Below are positions 54,831 to 64,000 of a stretch of 64,000 bases of DNA, piece by piece. The notes under the pieces were generated by a model that was not told where the DNA came from, searched no databases, and was given only the letters and a program-made list of their open reading frames with translations. The stretch spans positions 4,553-68,552 of the forward strand of contig JAFGFH010000014.1 in NCBI GenBank assembly GCA_016931175.1, read 5' to 3'. Every line of letters starts with the position of its first letter. The first letter of the stretch is position 1. This stretch comes from Nanobdellota archaeon (GTDB taxonomy: Archaea; Nanobdellota; Nanobdellia; Tiddalikarchaeales; Tiddalikarchaeaceae). The translations under genes were made by a program, and so were the position numbers.

Positions 54831-55532
54831 CTATATATCTTTTTTCGTTATTGCAAAGAATTCTCTCAAAAAAGGGGAAAATCCCTTTTTTTGGGCTTTA
54901 ATCTTGGAAAAAATAACTGTTTCCTTTGTCTTTCTCCAAACACTTAAGAAATAATTTATGTTAAATCTTATGAAACGCCTTCTTGGAGTGTTAGGCAAAC
55001 GCTCCCAGCTTCCTCCCCTAGGCAGTCTTGTATAATACATTGGGTCGTATACTATGAATTCATTATTGTCCGGGTTATACTCTGTTATTACTACCCATCC
55101 GATGCCTAAATTCCTCTGATGGTATAATTCGTTGAGATTAATTAATAATGCAACAGGATAGTCTTTTAACTGTTTCACTAACTCATTCTCAATATCTTCG
55201 TTAATAACTGGTTTAATCTTTAAAGCTTCCAGTTTTTTCTTGGTATATTCTTCAATACTGCTTGAAGGGTCAGCAGGGAAAGAGTCACTCTCCTTCACAA
55301 TTATTACATTAAAATCCTTCAAAGCTAACCCTGCAAGGTCGTAAATAGTTACAGAACTCCAAGGGCTGTCTTTCAAAGCCAGCTTGTTCGCCTTGTCAGC
55401 TGTTGCACTGTAGTCATTAATCTTCTTCTCGTAAACTCCAACACCATTAGTGTAATCCTTCAGAATCTTGAGGCAAGTCACTCCTGTCTGTTCAACTCTT
55501 TTGCACGTAATGTGAGGAACGAAACGTTTCAT
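54831..55532 (-). CDS. Hypothetical protein (possible papain/C39-like fold, tentative)
   Basis: 233 aa. Candidate nucleophile in TGVTCLKIL. No clear His partner. Confidence 0.4.
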   Translation of the reverse strand: MKRFVPHITCKRVEQTGVTCLKILKDYTNGVGVYEKKINDYSATADKANKLALKDSPWSSVTIYDLAGLALKDFNVIIVKESDSFPADPSSSIEEYTKKKLEALKIKPVINEDIENELVKQLKDYPVALLINLNELYHQRNLGIGWVVITEYNPDNNEFIVYDPMYYTRLPRGGSWERLPNTPRRRFIRFNINYFLSVWRKTKETVIFSKIKAQKKGFSPFLREFFAITKKDI

Positions 55533-55540
55533 ACTAATAA

Positions 55541-55969
55541 TTAATTACCTTGTAGTTTATAAAATATTGACAACTTACGGGTTTCGCTGTCGTTAGATTT
55601 AATTACTTCTGCACCTATTCTTTTGCCAATCCTTTCAAAGATTTCAACCCTTTCCTCAAACACTATGCCTGTGAAGTCATCAGCGTCCGTTTTAATGTCT
55701 TTAATTCTTATTAATGAACTCCCTTTTTTAAGCGCGTATTGTTTCAATGTCTCTAAAACCTTTGTCCCAAGCCTGGTTCCAGCTTCGTATAAGAATATGC
55801 CTTCAACGTTTAAGACATCGTTTGTTTCAGACAATGCAAGCGAACCTGAATTATAAAACCCGTTTACTACTTCAAACAGAGTTGTTCCGCTCATTGTATG
55901 AACCTTTTGGAATGATAAATTATCTCCTCTGCAAAACGTGTTCAACTCATCTTGTGAAATATTTGTCAT
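55541..55969 (-). CDS. Putative GNAT-fold acetyltransferase (tentative)
   Basis: YEAGTRLGTKVLETLKQYALKKG resembles GNAT motif A (R-x-x-G-x-G/A). Confidence 0.35.
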   Translation of the reverse strand: MTNISQDELNTFCRGDNLSFQKVHTMSGTTLFEVVNGFYNSGSLALSETNDVLNVEGIFLYEAGTRLGTKVLETLKQYALKKGSSLIRIKDIKTDADDFTGIVFEERVEIFERIGKRIGAEVIKSNDSETRKLSIFYKLQGN

Positions 55970-56019
55970 AATTTTAAAAAGAAAAGCTTTATTTTAAAAC
56001 GTTTTCTAAAAAATTAATT

Positions 56020-56532
56020 ATGAGGTGTTTCTTCTCAGTTGAACTCCCTGAAACTATCAAGAAAGAGGCAATTATCTTGTTTAAGAAGTATCCTAACACT
56101 CATTTCACTGATTTAAAAAATCTTCACTTCACTCTTAAATTCATTGGTGAAACTGAAAAAATTAGTGACTTAATCAAGTCAGTAAAAGAGATTAGTTTTA
56201 AAAAGTTCAAGTTGAAGCTTTCAAATGTCGGCTGTTTTCCTGACAAGAATAATATTCGAATATTATGGTTAGGTGTTAGTGAGGGAAGAGAAGAGTTGTC
56301 AGAACTTGCAAATGTTATAGATTCAAAGACTAAAGATTTCAGAGTTAATGAGCATGAGAGTTTCGTGCCCCACTTAACCATTGCCAGGTGCAATAATAAT
56401 TGTGACAAGAAAATATTATATGAGGATTTTCAGTCCTCCGTGTTTGAAGTGTCCAAGTTTTATTTAATGAGTTCAACGCTTACTTGGGAAGGCCCGGTCT
56501 ATAATGTTGTAAAAGAGTTTAATCTTATTTAA
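56020..56532 (+). CDS. 2H phosphoesterase / RNA 2',3'-cyclic phosphodiesterase (LigT/ThpR)
   Basis: Two HxTx motifs (HFTLKF and PHLTIA) about 80 aa apart. 170 aa. Confidence 0.8.
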   Translation: MRCFFSVELPETIKKEAIILFKKYPNTHFTDLKNLHFTLKFIGETEKISDLIKSVKEISFKKFKLKLSNVGCFPDKNNIRILWLGVSEGREELSELANVIDSKTKDFRVNEHESFVPHLTIARCNNNCDKKILYEDFQSSVFEVSKFYLMSSTLTWEGPVYNVVKEFNLI

Positions 56533-56558
56533 AAATAAGCAGTTATTACTATCTTATT

Positions 56559-57584
56559 ATGGGTGTTGCATTAAGCGGTTTGTTCGAGCCGGTTGAGATA
56601 AGCATTGCTAATCTTAGTGGTAAGAAGGTAGCAGTTGACGCTTATAACACGCTTTACCAGTTCGTGTCAACAATACGCCAGTACGACGGCAGCCCATTAA
56701 GTGATTCAAAAGGCAATATTACCAGTCACTTAAGTGGTTTATATTATAGGACTATGAATGTTATGAAGCAGGGAGTTAAGCCTTGCTTCGTCTTTGACGG
56801 CAAACCCCCTGCTTTTAAGAAGCAGACTGTGAGCGACAGGATTAATGTTCGCGAGCAGGCGAGGAAGGCTTACGAGAAGGCTTTGGAAGAAGAAGATTAC
56901 GAGAAGGCTAAAAGCAAGGCTATGCAGAGCGCGAGGCTTACCTCTGAAATGGTTGATGAAGCAAAAGAGTTGCTGACTTACATGGGTGTTCCTTGGGTGC
57001 AGGCGCCGAGCGAGGGAGAGGCGCAAGCTGCTCATATGTGTTTAAAAGGGGATGTTTACGCGAGTGTGAGCCAGGATTATGACAGTTTATTGTTCAAAAC
57101 TCCTTTGCTTGTCCGCAACTTGAATATTACTGGGAAGAGGAAGGTTCCTAATAAAAACATTTACGTTCAGGTTAATCCCGAGAAGATTGTTTTAAAAGAT
57201 GAATTGAACAGGTTAAAACTATTTCACGACCAGTTAATCATGCTTGGAATTCTCGTCGGCACGGATTATAATCCCAAGGGCGTCTTCGGTTTGGGTCCTA
57301 AGAAGGCTTACAAGTTAGTCTTGGAAAAGAAGAGTTTTGATGCAGTATTCAGTGATGTTGAATGGGATTTTGATATTAGTCCTAAAGAGATATTTGACTT
57401 CTTCAAGAATCCTCCAGTAATTGATGATTACAAACTGAACTGGAGGTCTCCTAATCCTGACAAGATATTTGAATTATTATGCGAGAAGCACGAGTTCAGC
57501 CAGACCAGAGTGAGCAACGCTTTAGGCAAGCTCGCTAATTTAAGAAAAAAGGAAGGACAAACAGGACTTGACAAGTTTTTTTAA
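56559..57584 (+). CDS. fen: Flap endonuclease FEN-1
   Basis: N-terminus MGVALSGL...GKKVAVDAYNTLYQF. Acidic active-site residues and helical arch. 341 aa. Confidence 0.9.
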   Translation: MGVALSGLFEPVEISIANLSGKKVAVDAYNTLYQFVSTIRQYDGSPLSDSKGNITSHLSGLYYRTMNVMKQGVKPCFVFDGKPPAFKKQTVSDRINVREQARKAYEKALEEEDYEKAKSKAMQSARLTSEMVDEAKELLTYMGVPWVQAPSEGEAQAAHMCLKGDVYASVSQDYDSLLFKTPLLVRNLNITGKRKVPNKNIYVQVNPEKIVLKDELNRLKLFHDQLIMLGILVGTDYNPKGVFGLGPKKAYKLVLEKKSFDAVFSDVEWDFDISPKEIFDFFKNPPVIDDYKLNWRSPNPDKIFELLCEKHEFSQTRVSNALGKLANLRKKEGQTGLDKFF

Positions 57585-58165
57585 GCATCTTTTATCTTTC
57601 GTATGAAATAATATAATGAGCCTCTTACAATATCTGATTTAACCCTTTTTTCCTTTTCAGCTTCTTCATCTATCTTGTCTATTAATGTTTGAGGTAATAA
57701 AATTAGTTTATTGAATTCTTTTGAGCTCTCGTTTTCTTCAGGAAACCTTAAAGGAGTTTTGAAGTATAAGTGGCCGAATAATGAGTGTCTTATTAATTCG
57801 CTGAAGTTTATATTATGTGTTTTATAATACTCGTCGCTGAACTCTTTAACGCTTTTAGGAAACCTGTATAATCTGTTTTTTGTAAAATTAAACTCTGGCG
57901 CAGGACCTAAGACCCCCTCCAAGGCATGTATGCTTCCCCGGATATTGTCAGAGATATTGTCTTGAGATATTAGGTTTTCACAGTTCATTAATGTGTGCAA
58001 ACTGTTCGGTTTTTGAAGAGTGTATTCTTTTGGTGTTATAACCTCGTACTTTGCCAGGAACAAGCCTAATCTCGTGAACTCTGATGCATTAGTTATAATT
58101 CCCCAACAAGTAATATATTCTAGTTGGTGCTCGTCTATGAAAAAAGTCTTCATATTATTAGTCAT
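57581..58165 (-). CDS. Hypothetical protein (194 aa)
   Basis: ORF with protein-like composition. Confidence 0.45.
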   Translation of the reverse strand: MTNNMKTFFIDEHQLEYITCWGIITNASEFTRLGLFLAKYEVITPKEYTLQKPNSLHTLMNCENLISQDNISDNIRGSIHALEGVLGPAPEFNFTKNRLYRFPKSVKEFSDEYYKTHNINFSELIRHSLFGHLYFKTPLRFPEENESSKEFNKLILLPQTLIDKIDEEAEKEKRVKSDIVRGSLYYFIRKIKDA

Positions 58166-58295
58166 TAATCTTTTGGATTAATTATTATAATTATAAACTT
58201 AACTATTGTTTAGAAAAAAAATTTGTTGCCTCAGAAGTCAACTGAAAATCACTGAAAGTCATTTCAAGCCAATAGTCCTCATCGGCAACAATTTA

Positions 58296-59297
58296 TTAAA
58301 AGAGTTTTTTCTTATTAAAAGATTTGCTGTTAATTCTTAATACTAAATTGCTGGCAGTGTTTATTAAAATAATTGCAGGGATTATTATTCCTGCTATGTT
58401 AATACTGGACTGCAGGCTTAACGCGATAAGTGTTGCAGTGATTCCTTTCTCTTCGCAGAAGATTAACTGTAATAATTCGTTCTTATCAAAATTTTTTCGG
58501 AAGAAGATTATTATCTCCGCAGGCCTGACTATTAATAATAGTATTAAAGCGATTAAAATTCCAGTGATTACGTCAAAACTACTGAAGCAGATAATCATAC
58601 CCATAAGAGGAAAGATAGTGTAGTATATTATTGTTGACAACTTAGATAATTCTTTTTCAAACACATTCTTTATTAACAATCCAGCTATTGCAATGAAGAA
58701 GAAAGCGTCGTAAAAGAATGCAATGATTAATGAGAAGACGGCTAATACTTTTTTAACAATATTACTTTTTGTTAATTTTAACACTAACCAGACTATTAAT
58801 GCCAGGCAAACGTTGATGAACAGGTTGAACAGGTAATTAATTATAGAATTATTAATTCCAATTGTTAAGGGCAGTATTAAGTAAAAGGTTAATAGTATGG
58901 TCATTGGGTCGTCAAAGCTTGACTCGAACAATACCAAGTCTTTGATGTTTTTAGTGATTAATTTCTTCTTAACGTTGCTGAAGGTGTTGACGGGGTCAAT
59001 CTGCGAGATTACCCCAGCTAAGAGGAAGGAGTAGATATTGCCTGTTATTAAGTAAAGCAGTGCTCCAAGCCCAAATATTTTGAATAATAAACCTATAGTT
59101 ACTAGTATTAACGGCTTATTGCCGTTCTTTTTCAAACTTTTTAAGTTAATCTTCTGAGTATTAGTGAATAAAACTATCAAAAGAAACGCGTTTATTACTT
59201 GATGAAAGTAAGGAATAGTCGCTGGGTTGAAGCCTGAAAAGTACCCGAACAAAATACCTGTTAATATTAGAATTGTTGAATTAATCACCTTATTCAA
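58296..59297 (-). CDS. Polytopic membrane protein
   Basis: 333 aa, about 9 hydrophobic helices. Confidence 0.5.
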   Translation of the reverse strand: MNKVINSTILILTGILFGYFSGFNPATIPYFHQVINAFLLIVLFTNTQKINLKSLKKNGNKPLILVTIGLLFKIFGLGALLYLITGNIYSFLLAGVISQIDPVNTFSNVKKKLITKNIKDLVLFESSFDDPMTILLTFYLILPLTIGINNSIINYLFNLFINVCLALIVWLVLKLTKSNIVKKVLAVFSLIIAFFYDAFFFIAIAGLLIKNVFEKELSKLSTIIYYTIFPLMGMIICFSSFDVITGILIALILLLIVRPAEIIIFFRKNFDKNELLQLIFCEEKGITATLIALSLQSSINIAGIIIPAIILINTASNLVLRINSKSFNKKKLF

Positions 59298-59365
59298 AGA
59301 TTAGGCTTTAAAACTTTTTAAGCAATTAGAAAGTCTTTTAAATAGATTTTTGGCTATTAGAATAC

Positions 59366-61441
59366 ATGTCTGAGGAGAATAATAAGATACTGCCAGTAGT
59401 GTCTAAACAGCTGCTGGGAGAGAATAAAGAAATAACTCATGAGTATGTTAAAAAAGTGAAAAGGAAAGGTTTTGATAAGGACTTTGATGATGTTCCTGAG
59501 GATGAAAGAGTTACTAAACTAACACTTAGAACCCCAGCTAATCTCCCAAGCTTTGGTTCAATAATAATACCTTATGATATTTACGCTTCTTACAACTTCG
59601 GGTGCGAATTGTATGACAAAACAGGTTTAGGCCGTTTCTTAATCGCAGACTGGATTGATTCAGCCAAGAACAGATACCCTGGTTGGGAGTTCCCAAAGAA
59701 CGTGAACTACAGGGTTAGAATAGATTTACTTAACCCTTCTGAAATATTCTTTGAAGACATTCCAAATCCTGAATATGAAGAGATGCGAGATCTTATAAGA
59801 AGTATGGGAGGTAATACTATTGGAAAACCTAAGTACCCTCTTTTCCTTGAAGGCAGCCATGGCACAATGATTGGATTATCCAAAGGAAATGTTGAGAATA
59901 TCGTTGAACTTGCTGATTTAGAGAAGAAGATTAAAGGATTGGATGCGGTTAAGCTGCCGAAAGGGATAAGTTCAAATTACGCTGTTGACAAGGACGGCGC
60001 AAAGTATTACACCTTCAACGCAGACCACATACCTTTAATGGACAAATTAAGAATGGTTGCCAAGTTAGCGCTTAACCAGATAAGAAAAAATCACTCCTTG
60101 GATGATTCAGACATCTTATTAACCAGTAAGGATGAGAAAGAATTATCTGACTTGCTTGACGATAACAAAACGTTGAATAAGAAGGTGAGTGAATTAGAAC
60201 CCGTTGAGTTCTTGAGTTTGTACAGCGTTCTCGTCTCAAACATTTTGGACTTGGATAATACTATTACTATTTTTGAAAGGTATAAAGGAACTACTCATGG
60301 ACGCTTTGATTGGGATTCTGAAAATAGAAAGTATATTATTCCTCAAGCAGGAGTTTACGGCATACTAATTAAGGACTTTGATTTAAGCAGTCTTGAATAC
60401 TTCGGTTATAAAATGGGTTTTAAGAAGGAGAAGCCTCGATTATTCCTTCCCTTGCTTTTGAAAAATCTTGAAATTTTCGAAGACCCTCATATTTTTAATA
60501 AGTACAGGAATCCACTTCAGATAATGAGAGACTCAATTAATGCAGAGCCTGACTTTCCGGTTGTTCCAGGTTTAATGTTTAATTCAGAGACTGTTTTTGA
60601 TACAGATTATGATAGTGAAAAGAAGGAAATAGTTAATATTAAGATTAAGAATCACAGAGTCTCAGGAGAGTTGTTTTTAAGGCAGGCATTGAAGACTGCT
60701 TTGAAGAACAAGGACTCGAAATCAATTGAATTCCTAATAGCACTGCATAATTATATTAACAACAGTGACGAGCCAATTAATTACTCATCTGATAAAGCAG
60801 ATTCAAGAGAGGTGCTTGAGGCCACGGGAGAGTTCGCCACATTTAATGGACAACATACCGGTTTTTTCTACGGCAACGGCCTGCATACAATAAACAGCTT
60901 CGAAGCTAAAATTTTGCTTTCATTTTATAATCTTGAACCAGTTCAGGAATTAGACATGGAGGCTTTGAATATGGTTCTTAGAAGAGATGAGCATAGTGTT
61001 GAATCGCACGCGCTTTACACACTCAACTCTTACGGCAGTGATTGGAATAGGTTTTTTGACTACCAAGCAGGGCAGGAATTTCATCAAAGAGCATGGCCGT
61101 CCACTAAGAACTTATCATTTGAGAAGTACAAGTTCTTGTTCGAGTACTTGGCAGCTCCAGAGATTAAGAAGAACTTTGAACTCTTAGGGCTTGAACCAGG
61201 AGCAGGAGAGGAGGAGATAAGAACTGCTTGGAAACAGAAGTTGTTCCAGCTCCATCCTGATATTACTAAGGAAGGCGTTGATTACAAGCAGTTCCAGGAC
61301 GTTGTTGACGCCAAGACTAAGCTTATGAGTACGAAGATTGATGAGGAAAAATTTAAACTGCTTAAATTCTTGGGAAAACCGTTAGAGTTCGTTGAGTACA
61401 GAATGCCTGAACCCATAGGAATGCTAGAAGCGAAGGATTAA
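59366..61441 (+). CDS. Large hypothetical protein with C-terminal J-domain (DnaJ-like HPD motif)
   Basis: 691 aa. C-terminal EEEIRTAWKQKLFQLHPDITKEG...FQDVVDAKTKL matches J-domain helices II/III with the invariant HPD. Confidence 0.55.
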   Translation: MSEENNKILPVVSKQLLGENKEITHEYVKKVKRKGFDKDFDDVPEDERVTKLTLRTPANLPSFGSIIIPYDIYASYNFGCELYDKTGLGRFLIADWIDSAKNRYPGWEFPKNVNYRVRIDLLNPSEIFFEDIPNPEYEEMRDLIRSMGGNTIGKPKYPLFLEGSHGTMIGLSKGNVENIVELADLEKKIKGLDAVKLPKGISSNYAVDKDGAKYYTFNADHIPLMDKLRMVAKLALNQIRKNHSLDDSDILLTSKDEKELSDLLDDNKTLNKKVSELEPVEFLSLYSVLVSNILDLDNTITIFERYKGTTHGRFDWDSENRKYIIPQAGVYGILIKDFDLSSLEYFGYKMGFKKEKPRLFLPLLLKNLEIFEDPHIFNKYRNPLQIMRDSINAEPDFPVVPGLMFNSETVFDTDYDSEKKEIVNIKIKNHRVSGELFLRQALKTALKNKDSKSIEFLIALHNYINNSDEPINYSSDKADSREVLEATGEFATFNGQHTGFFYGNGLHTINSFEAKILLSFYNLEPVQELDMEALNMVLRRDEHSVESHALYTLNSYGSDWNRFFDYQAGQEFHQRAWPSTKNLSFEKYKFLFEYLAAPEIKKNFELLGLEPGAGEEEIRTAWKQKLFQLHPDITKEGVDYKQFQDVVDAKTKLMSTKIDEEKFKLLKFLGKPLEFVEYRMPEPIGMLEAKD

Positions 61442-61469
61442 AAAAAACTCGCAATTATTCTTTAACTTA

Positions 61470-62729
61470 ATGATTTTCGCTGATTTGCACATTCACTCCA
61501 AGTACAGCCGCGCTACTAGCAAGGACATGGATATTAAGTCCTTGTCAAAGTTTGGTGTTATGAAGGGTTTGGATATTATAGGCACTGGTGATATTACTCA
61601 CCCGGAGTGGATTAAAGAGGTGAAAAGTGAAACTGAGTACTTGGGCAATGGTTTGTATAAGAGCAAATATAACCAGATGCGCTTCATGCTTTCAAGCGAG
61701 ATTGCAACTATATACTCGCAGGATAATGAGGTGAAAAGAGTTCACCACGTTCTAGTTTTTCCGGACTTTGAAATAGTTGAACAGTTCAATGAAGTTTTGA
61801 GAAAAAATTTGTTTGATAAGAATAAGAAGTGTAATCTTGAATCAGATGGGAGGCCAATCATTGGCATGACGAGTGTAGAATTGGCAGAGGCGTTGTTTGA
61901 AGTAAGTGACAAGGCGCTTTTGATTCCTGCGCATATCTGGACGCCGTGGTTTTCATTATTCGGAAGCATGAGCGGTTTCAACAAAATAGAAGACTGCTAC
62001 GAGAAGTATGCGAAGAAGATTTACGCTTTAGAGACTGGACTCTCAAGCGACCCTTTAATGAACTGGAGAATAGACAACATAAGAGATTATGCATTGGTTA
62101 GCAACAGTGACTGCCACGGCCCTTTCGTTGACAGGATAGGCAGGGAGTCTAATGCATTCAACGGCAGTATTGAAGAATTCTCATTCAATAAGATGAGGGA
62201 GGCTTTGAAAAATAAAAACTTGGCTTTCACTGTAGAGGTTGACCCTAGTTATGGCAAGTACCACTTTGACGGCCACAGGAAATGCAATGTGTGTTATACT
62301 CCGAAAAATTCAATAGAACACAATAATAAGTGTCCTGTGTGCGGGAAGACATTAACTATTGGCGTTCTGCACAGGGTTGAAGAATTAGCAGACCACGAAG
62401 AGGGTTACAAGCCTGCAAAAGCTGTTCCTTTCGAGTACCATATTCCTTTGATTGAAATCATAAGCAAATTGTTAGGCAAAGGTATTAAGACAAAAAAAGT
62501 AATTGAAGTTTATGATGCTTTGATTAAGAAGTTCGGCAATGAGTACAACATCATGTTTAACGCTCCGATTGCTGATTCAGAAGCAGCTTTTCAGGGGTTA
62601 GGGTTTGTGATTAAATCATTAAGGGATAAGAGTTTAAAGGTAGAACCAGGGTATGATGGGGTTTATGGAAAACCATTAATTAATGAAATTAATTCATTAA
62701 AACCTCAAATGAACTTGTCAGATTTTTAA
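61470..62729 (+). CDS. PHP-domain nuclease with zinc finger, Endonuclease Q (EndoQ)-like
   Basis: N-terminus FADLHIHSKYS is a PHP-type motif. CNVC...CPVCG zinc finger around residue 280. Size 419 aa is like EndoQ. Confidence 0.55.
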   Translation: MIFADLHIHSKYSRATSKDMDIKSLSKFGVMKGLDIIGTGDITHPEWIKEVKSETEYLGNGLYKSKYNQMRFMLSSEIATIYSQDNEVKRVHHVLVFPDFEIVEQFNEVLRKNLFDKNKKCNLESDGRPIIGMTSVELAEALFEVSDKALLIPAHIWTPWFSLFGSMSGFNKIEDCYEKYAKKIYALETGLSSDPLMNWRIDNIRDYALVSNSDCHGPFVDRIGRESNAFNGSIEEFSFNKMREALKNKNLAFTVEVDPSYGKYHFDGHRKCNVCYTPKNSIEHNNKCPVCGKTLTIGVLHRVEELADHEEGYKPAKAVPFEYHIPLIEIISKLLGKGIKTKKVIEVYDALIKKFGNEYNIMFNAPIADSEAAFQGLGFVIKSLRDKSLKVEPGYDGVYGKPLINEINSLKPQMNLSDF

Positions 62730-62730
62730 T

Positions 62731-64000
62731 TTATTTTTTAGAAAGAAATCCGCCGAAAGAACTTTTTCTTGACTCAGGCAATTCTTTCTTATCATCGTTG
62801 TCTTTTGCTGGGGGAAGGTCGTTGTCCGATGGCAGTTTCGGAGGAGTTGGGGAACCCATCTTTGATATTAGTTTCTCATTCTGCTGCTCTGCAACCGCGT
62901 GGTATAAGTTGTTGAAGCTGGTTGTTAAATTGAATATCTTCTCTCTTAACTCCTTAACCTGGTTTGGTTTAAGCAAATCGTTCTCTACAGTTGTCTTGAA
63001 GAATTGCAGGTATAATTGCAAGCTTAAGTTTTCAATCGCGGAATCGATTATTAAATCCCTGTCAGGCTTATTAACATCATTTATTATAGTGTTTGCTAAT
63101 TTCAAAGAAGAGTACTTCTCTCTTCCCATCTCGTGAACTGCCACATTAGGCAGCTTGCTCTTCTGCTCATCAGTCAAGTGGGATAAGTTTTTCTCCAAGA
63201 ACTCGAAGGCGTAGCCGTTGCCGTTCTCAGCCAGTGAGATGATGTCATCATACTGCGTCTCTTTTAAATAATTAGCTGCGAGAGTAGCGAGTTCGAAGGC
63301 CATATTATTTCCTAAACTCATCAGCACACACATAGCATCATTATCTTCAACCGTTGACAGTCCTATTTGGAATGCATCCTTTGCAAAATCTATAAGGTTA
63401 TTATAGCTGATGCCGTTTCTTAAACTGTGAATAGTTATCTTTGGCACCAATACCATTCCTGCCTTATTGTCATTTGTCCACTCAATCAATCTCTGAAACT
63501 CGCCGCTATTGAATACAGGCTCTGAACTGCCTTGTTCGTAAAAGTATTCTTCTGCGAAACCATTATGTTGCAATAACCACTTTGCTAAATTAAAGACCTC
63601 CTTCCCGTCTTCCAGGTTCTTGCCTTTTTCAAAGAAATATTTTAAAGTATCTATTATAATCCTAGGTATCTCTTTAATATCTGAATCAGTGAATAACTGA
63701 TCTCTTGAATCATTGAATACTCCCTTCCCTGATTCAGTGAATATTGACATTCTTGAAAGTATTGGAATAACAGCAGCGTAAGCCTCTGGAATTACTGGCT
63801 TGAACTTAATTCCTTTGATAAGCAAATCGTTCAAGTTTTTAAACTCAGGAAGCTCATTTGATTTCAAGTAATTCTTAATATACTCGTAAGCCTTTGATAT
63901 TCCAACACTGTGTATCTTCTCGCTGTATTCGAGTATGCTAGGGTCATTTGTTTTCTCCCCTATTAAGTTAAGAACCTTCTGAATATCCTTGTAATACTGA
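62731..64000 (-). CDS. Hypothetical protein, partial (reading frame stays open to the window end; the track start at 63867 is a TTG)
   Basis: Manual translation upstream of 63867 continues in frame (…QYYKDIQKVLNLIGEKTNDPSILEYSEKIHSVGISKAYEYIKNYLKSNELPEF…) with no stop up to 64000. Confidence 0.5.
   Translation of the reverse strand, partial: QYYKDIQKVLNLIGEKTNDPSILEYSEKIHSVGISKAYEYIKNYLKSNELPEFKNLNDLLIKGIKFKPVIPEAYAAVIPILSRMSIFTESGKGVFNDSRDQLFTDSDIKEIPRIIIDTLKYFFEKGKNLEDGKEVFNLAKWLLQHNGFAEEYFYEQGSSEPVFNSGEFQRLIEWTNDNKAGMVLVPKITIHSLRNGISYNNLIDFAKDAFQIGLSTVEDNDAMCVLMSLGNNMAFELATLAANYLKETQYDDIISLAENGNGYAFEFLEKNLSHLTDEQKSKLPNVAVHEMGREKYSSLKLANTIINDVNKPDRDLIIDSAIENLSLQLYLQFFKTTVENDLLKPNQVKELREKIFNLTTSFNNLYHAVAEQQNEKLISKMGSPTPPKLPSDNDLPPAKDNDDKKELPESRKSSFGGFLSKK

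Noticed and set aside
1-64000. CRISPR arrays, rRNA operons, transposases or integrases
   Set aside because: No regularly spaced direct repeats, no rRNA-like conserved blocks, and no ORF with transposase (DDE) or integrase (tyrosine recombinase R..H..R..Y) signatures were seen by eye.

Overview
The window is a gene-dense, AT-rich archaeal chromosomal segment, with no detectable bacterial or eukaryotic signatures. The mix of DNA polymerase D, a histone, the archaeal termination factor aCPSF1, an intron-containing tRNA, a class III ribonucleotide reductase and many secreted or membrane proteins suggests an anaerobic small-genome archaeon (DPANN-like), but the lineage cannot be assigned from sequence alone. 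Genes overlap by 4-8 nt at many junctions and about 70 ORFs fill the window. Recognisable core genes are: (a) replication and repair: the origin-binding protein orc1/cdc6 with an upstream origin-like region (inverted ORB-type repeats flanking an AT-rich unwinding element), both PolD subunits (DP1 and DP2) separated by five genes, primase dnaG plus a small Toprim protein, an RPA-like ssDNA-binding protein, flap endonuclease FEN-1, an EndoQ-like nuclease and a LigT/2H phosphoesterase; (b) translation: glyS, metG, serS, release factor aRF1, aIF5A and three tRNAs (Val-TAC, Ile-GAT, and an intron-containing type-II tRNA read as Ser-GCT); (c) other functions: proteasome beta subunit, aCPSF1, a histone, a Fap7-like kinase, a PIN-PilT-KH ATPase and a P-type ATPase. 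A relatively GC-rich 270 nt intergenic island (5346-5620) looks like the SRP (7S) RNA. A deoxynucleotide-metabolism island (48.9-54.8 kb) holds tmk, a thymidylate-synthase-family protein with a roughly 330 aa N-terminal region that aligns weakly to ThyA or not at all, a glutaredoxin-like gene translationally coupled to anaerobic nrdD, and a radical-SAM activase. The best candidates for undescribed biology are this extended ThyA-like protein, the origin architecture with an 18-bp palindrome repeated 17.7 kb away, a tandem pair of paralogous small proteins inside the aCPSF1-metG cluster, an 858 aa secreted protein with two lectin-like domains and four CCGDDGAYD cysteine repeats, a 691 aa protein ending in a J-domain, and a repeat-containing methyltransferase-like protein. 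No CRISPR array, rRNA gene or obvious mobile element was found.
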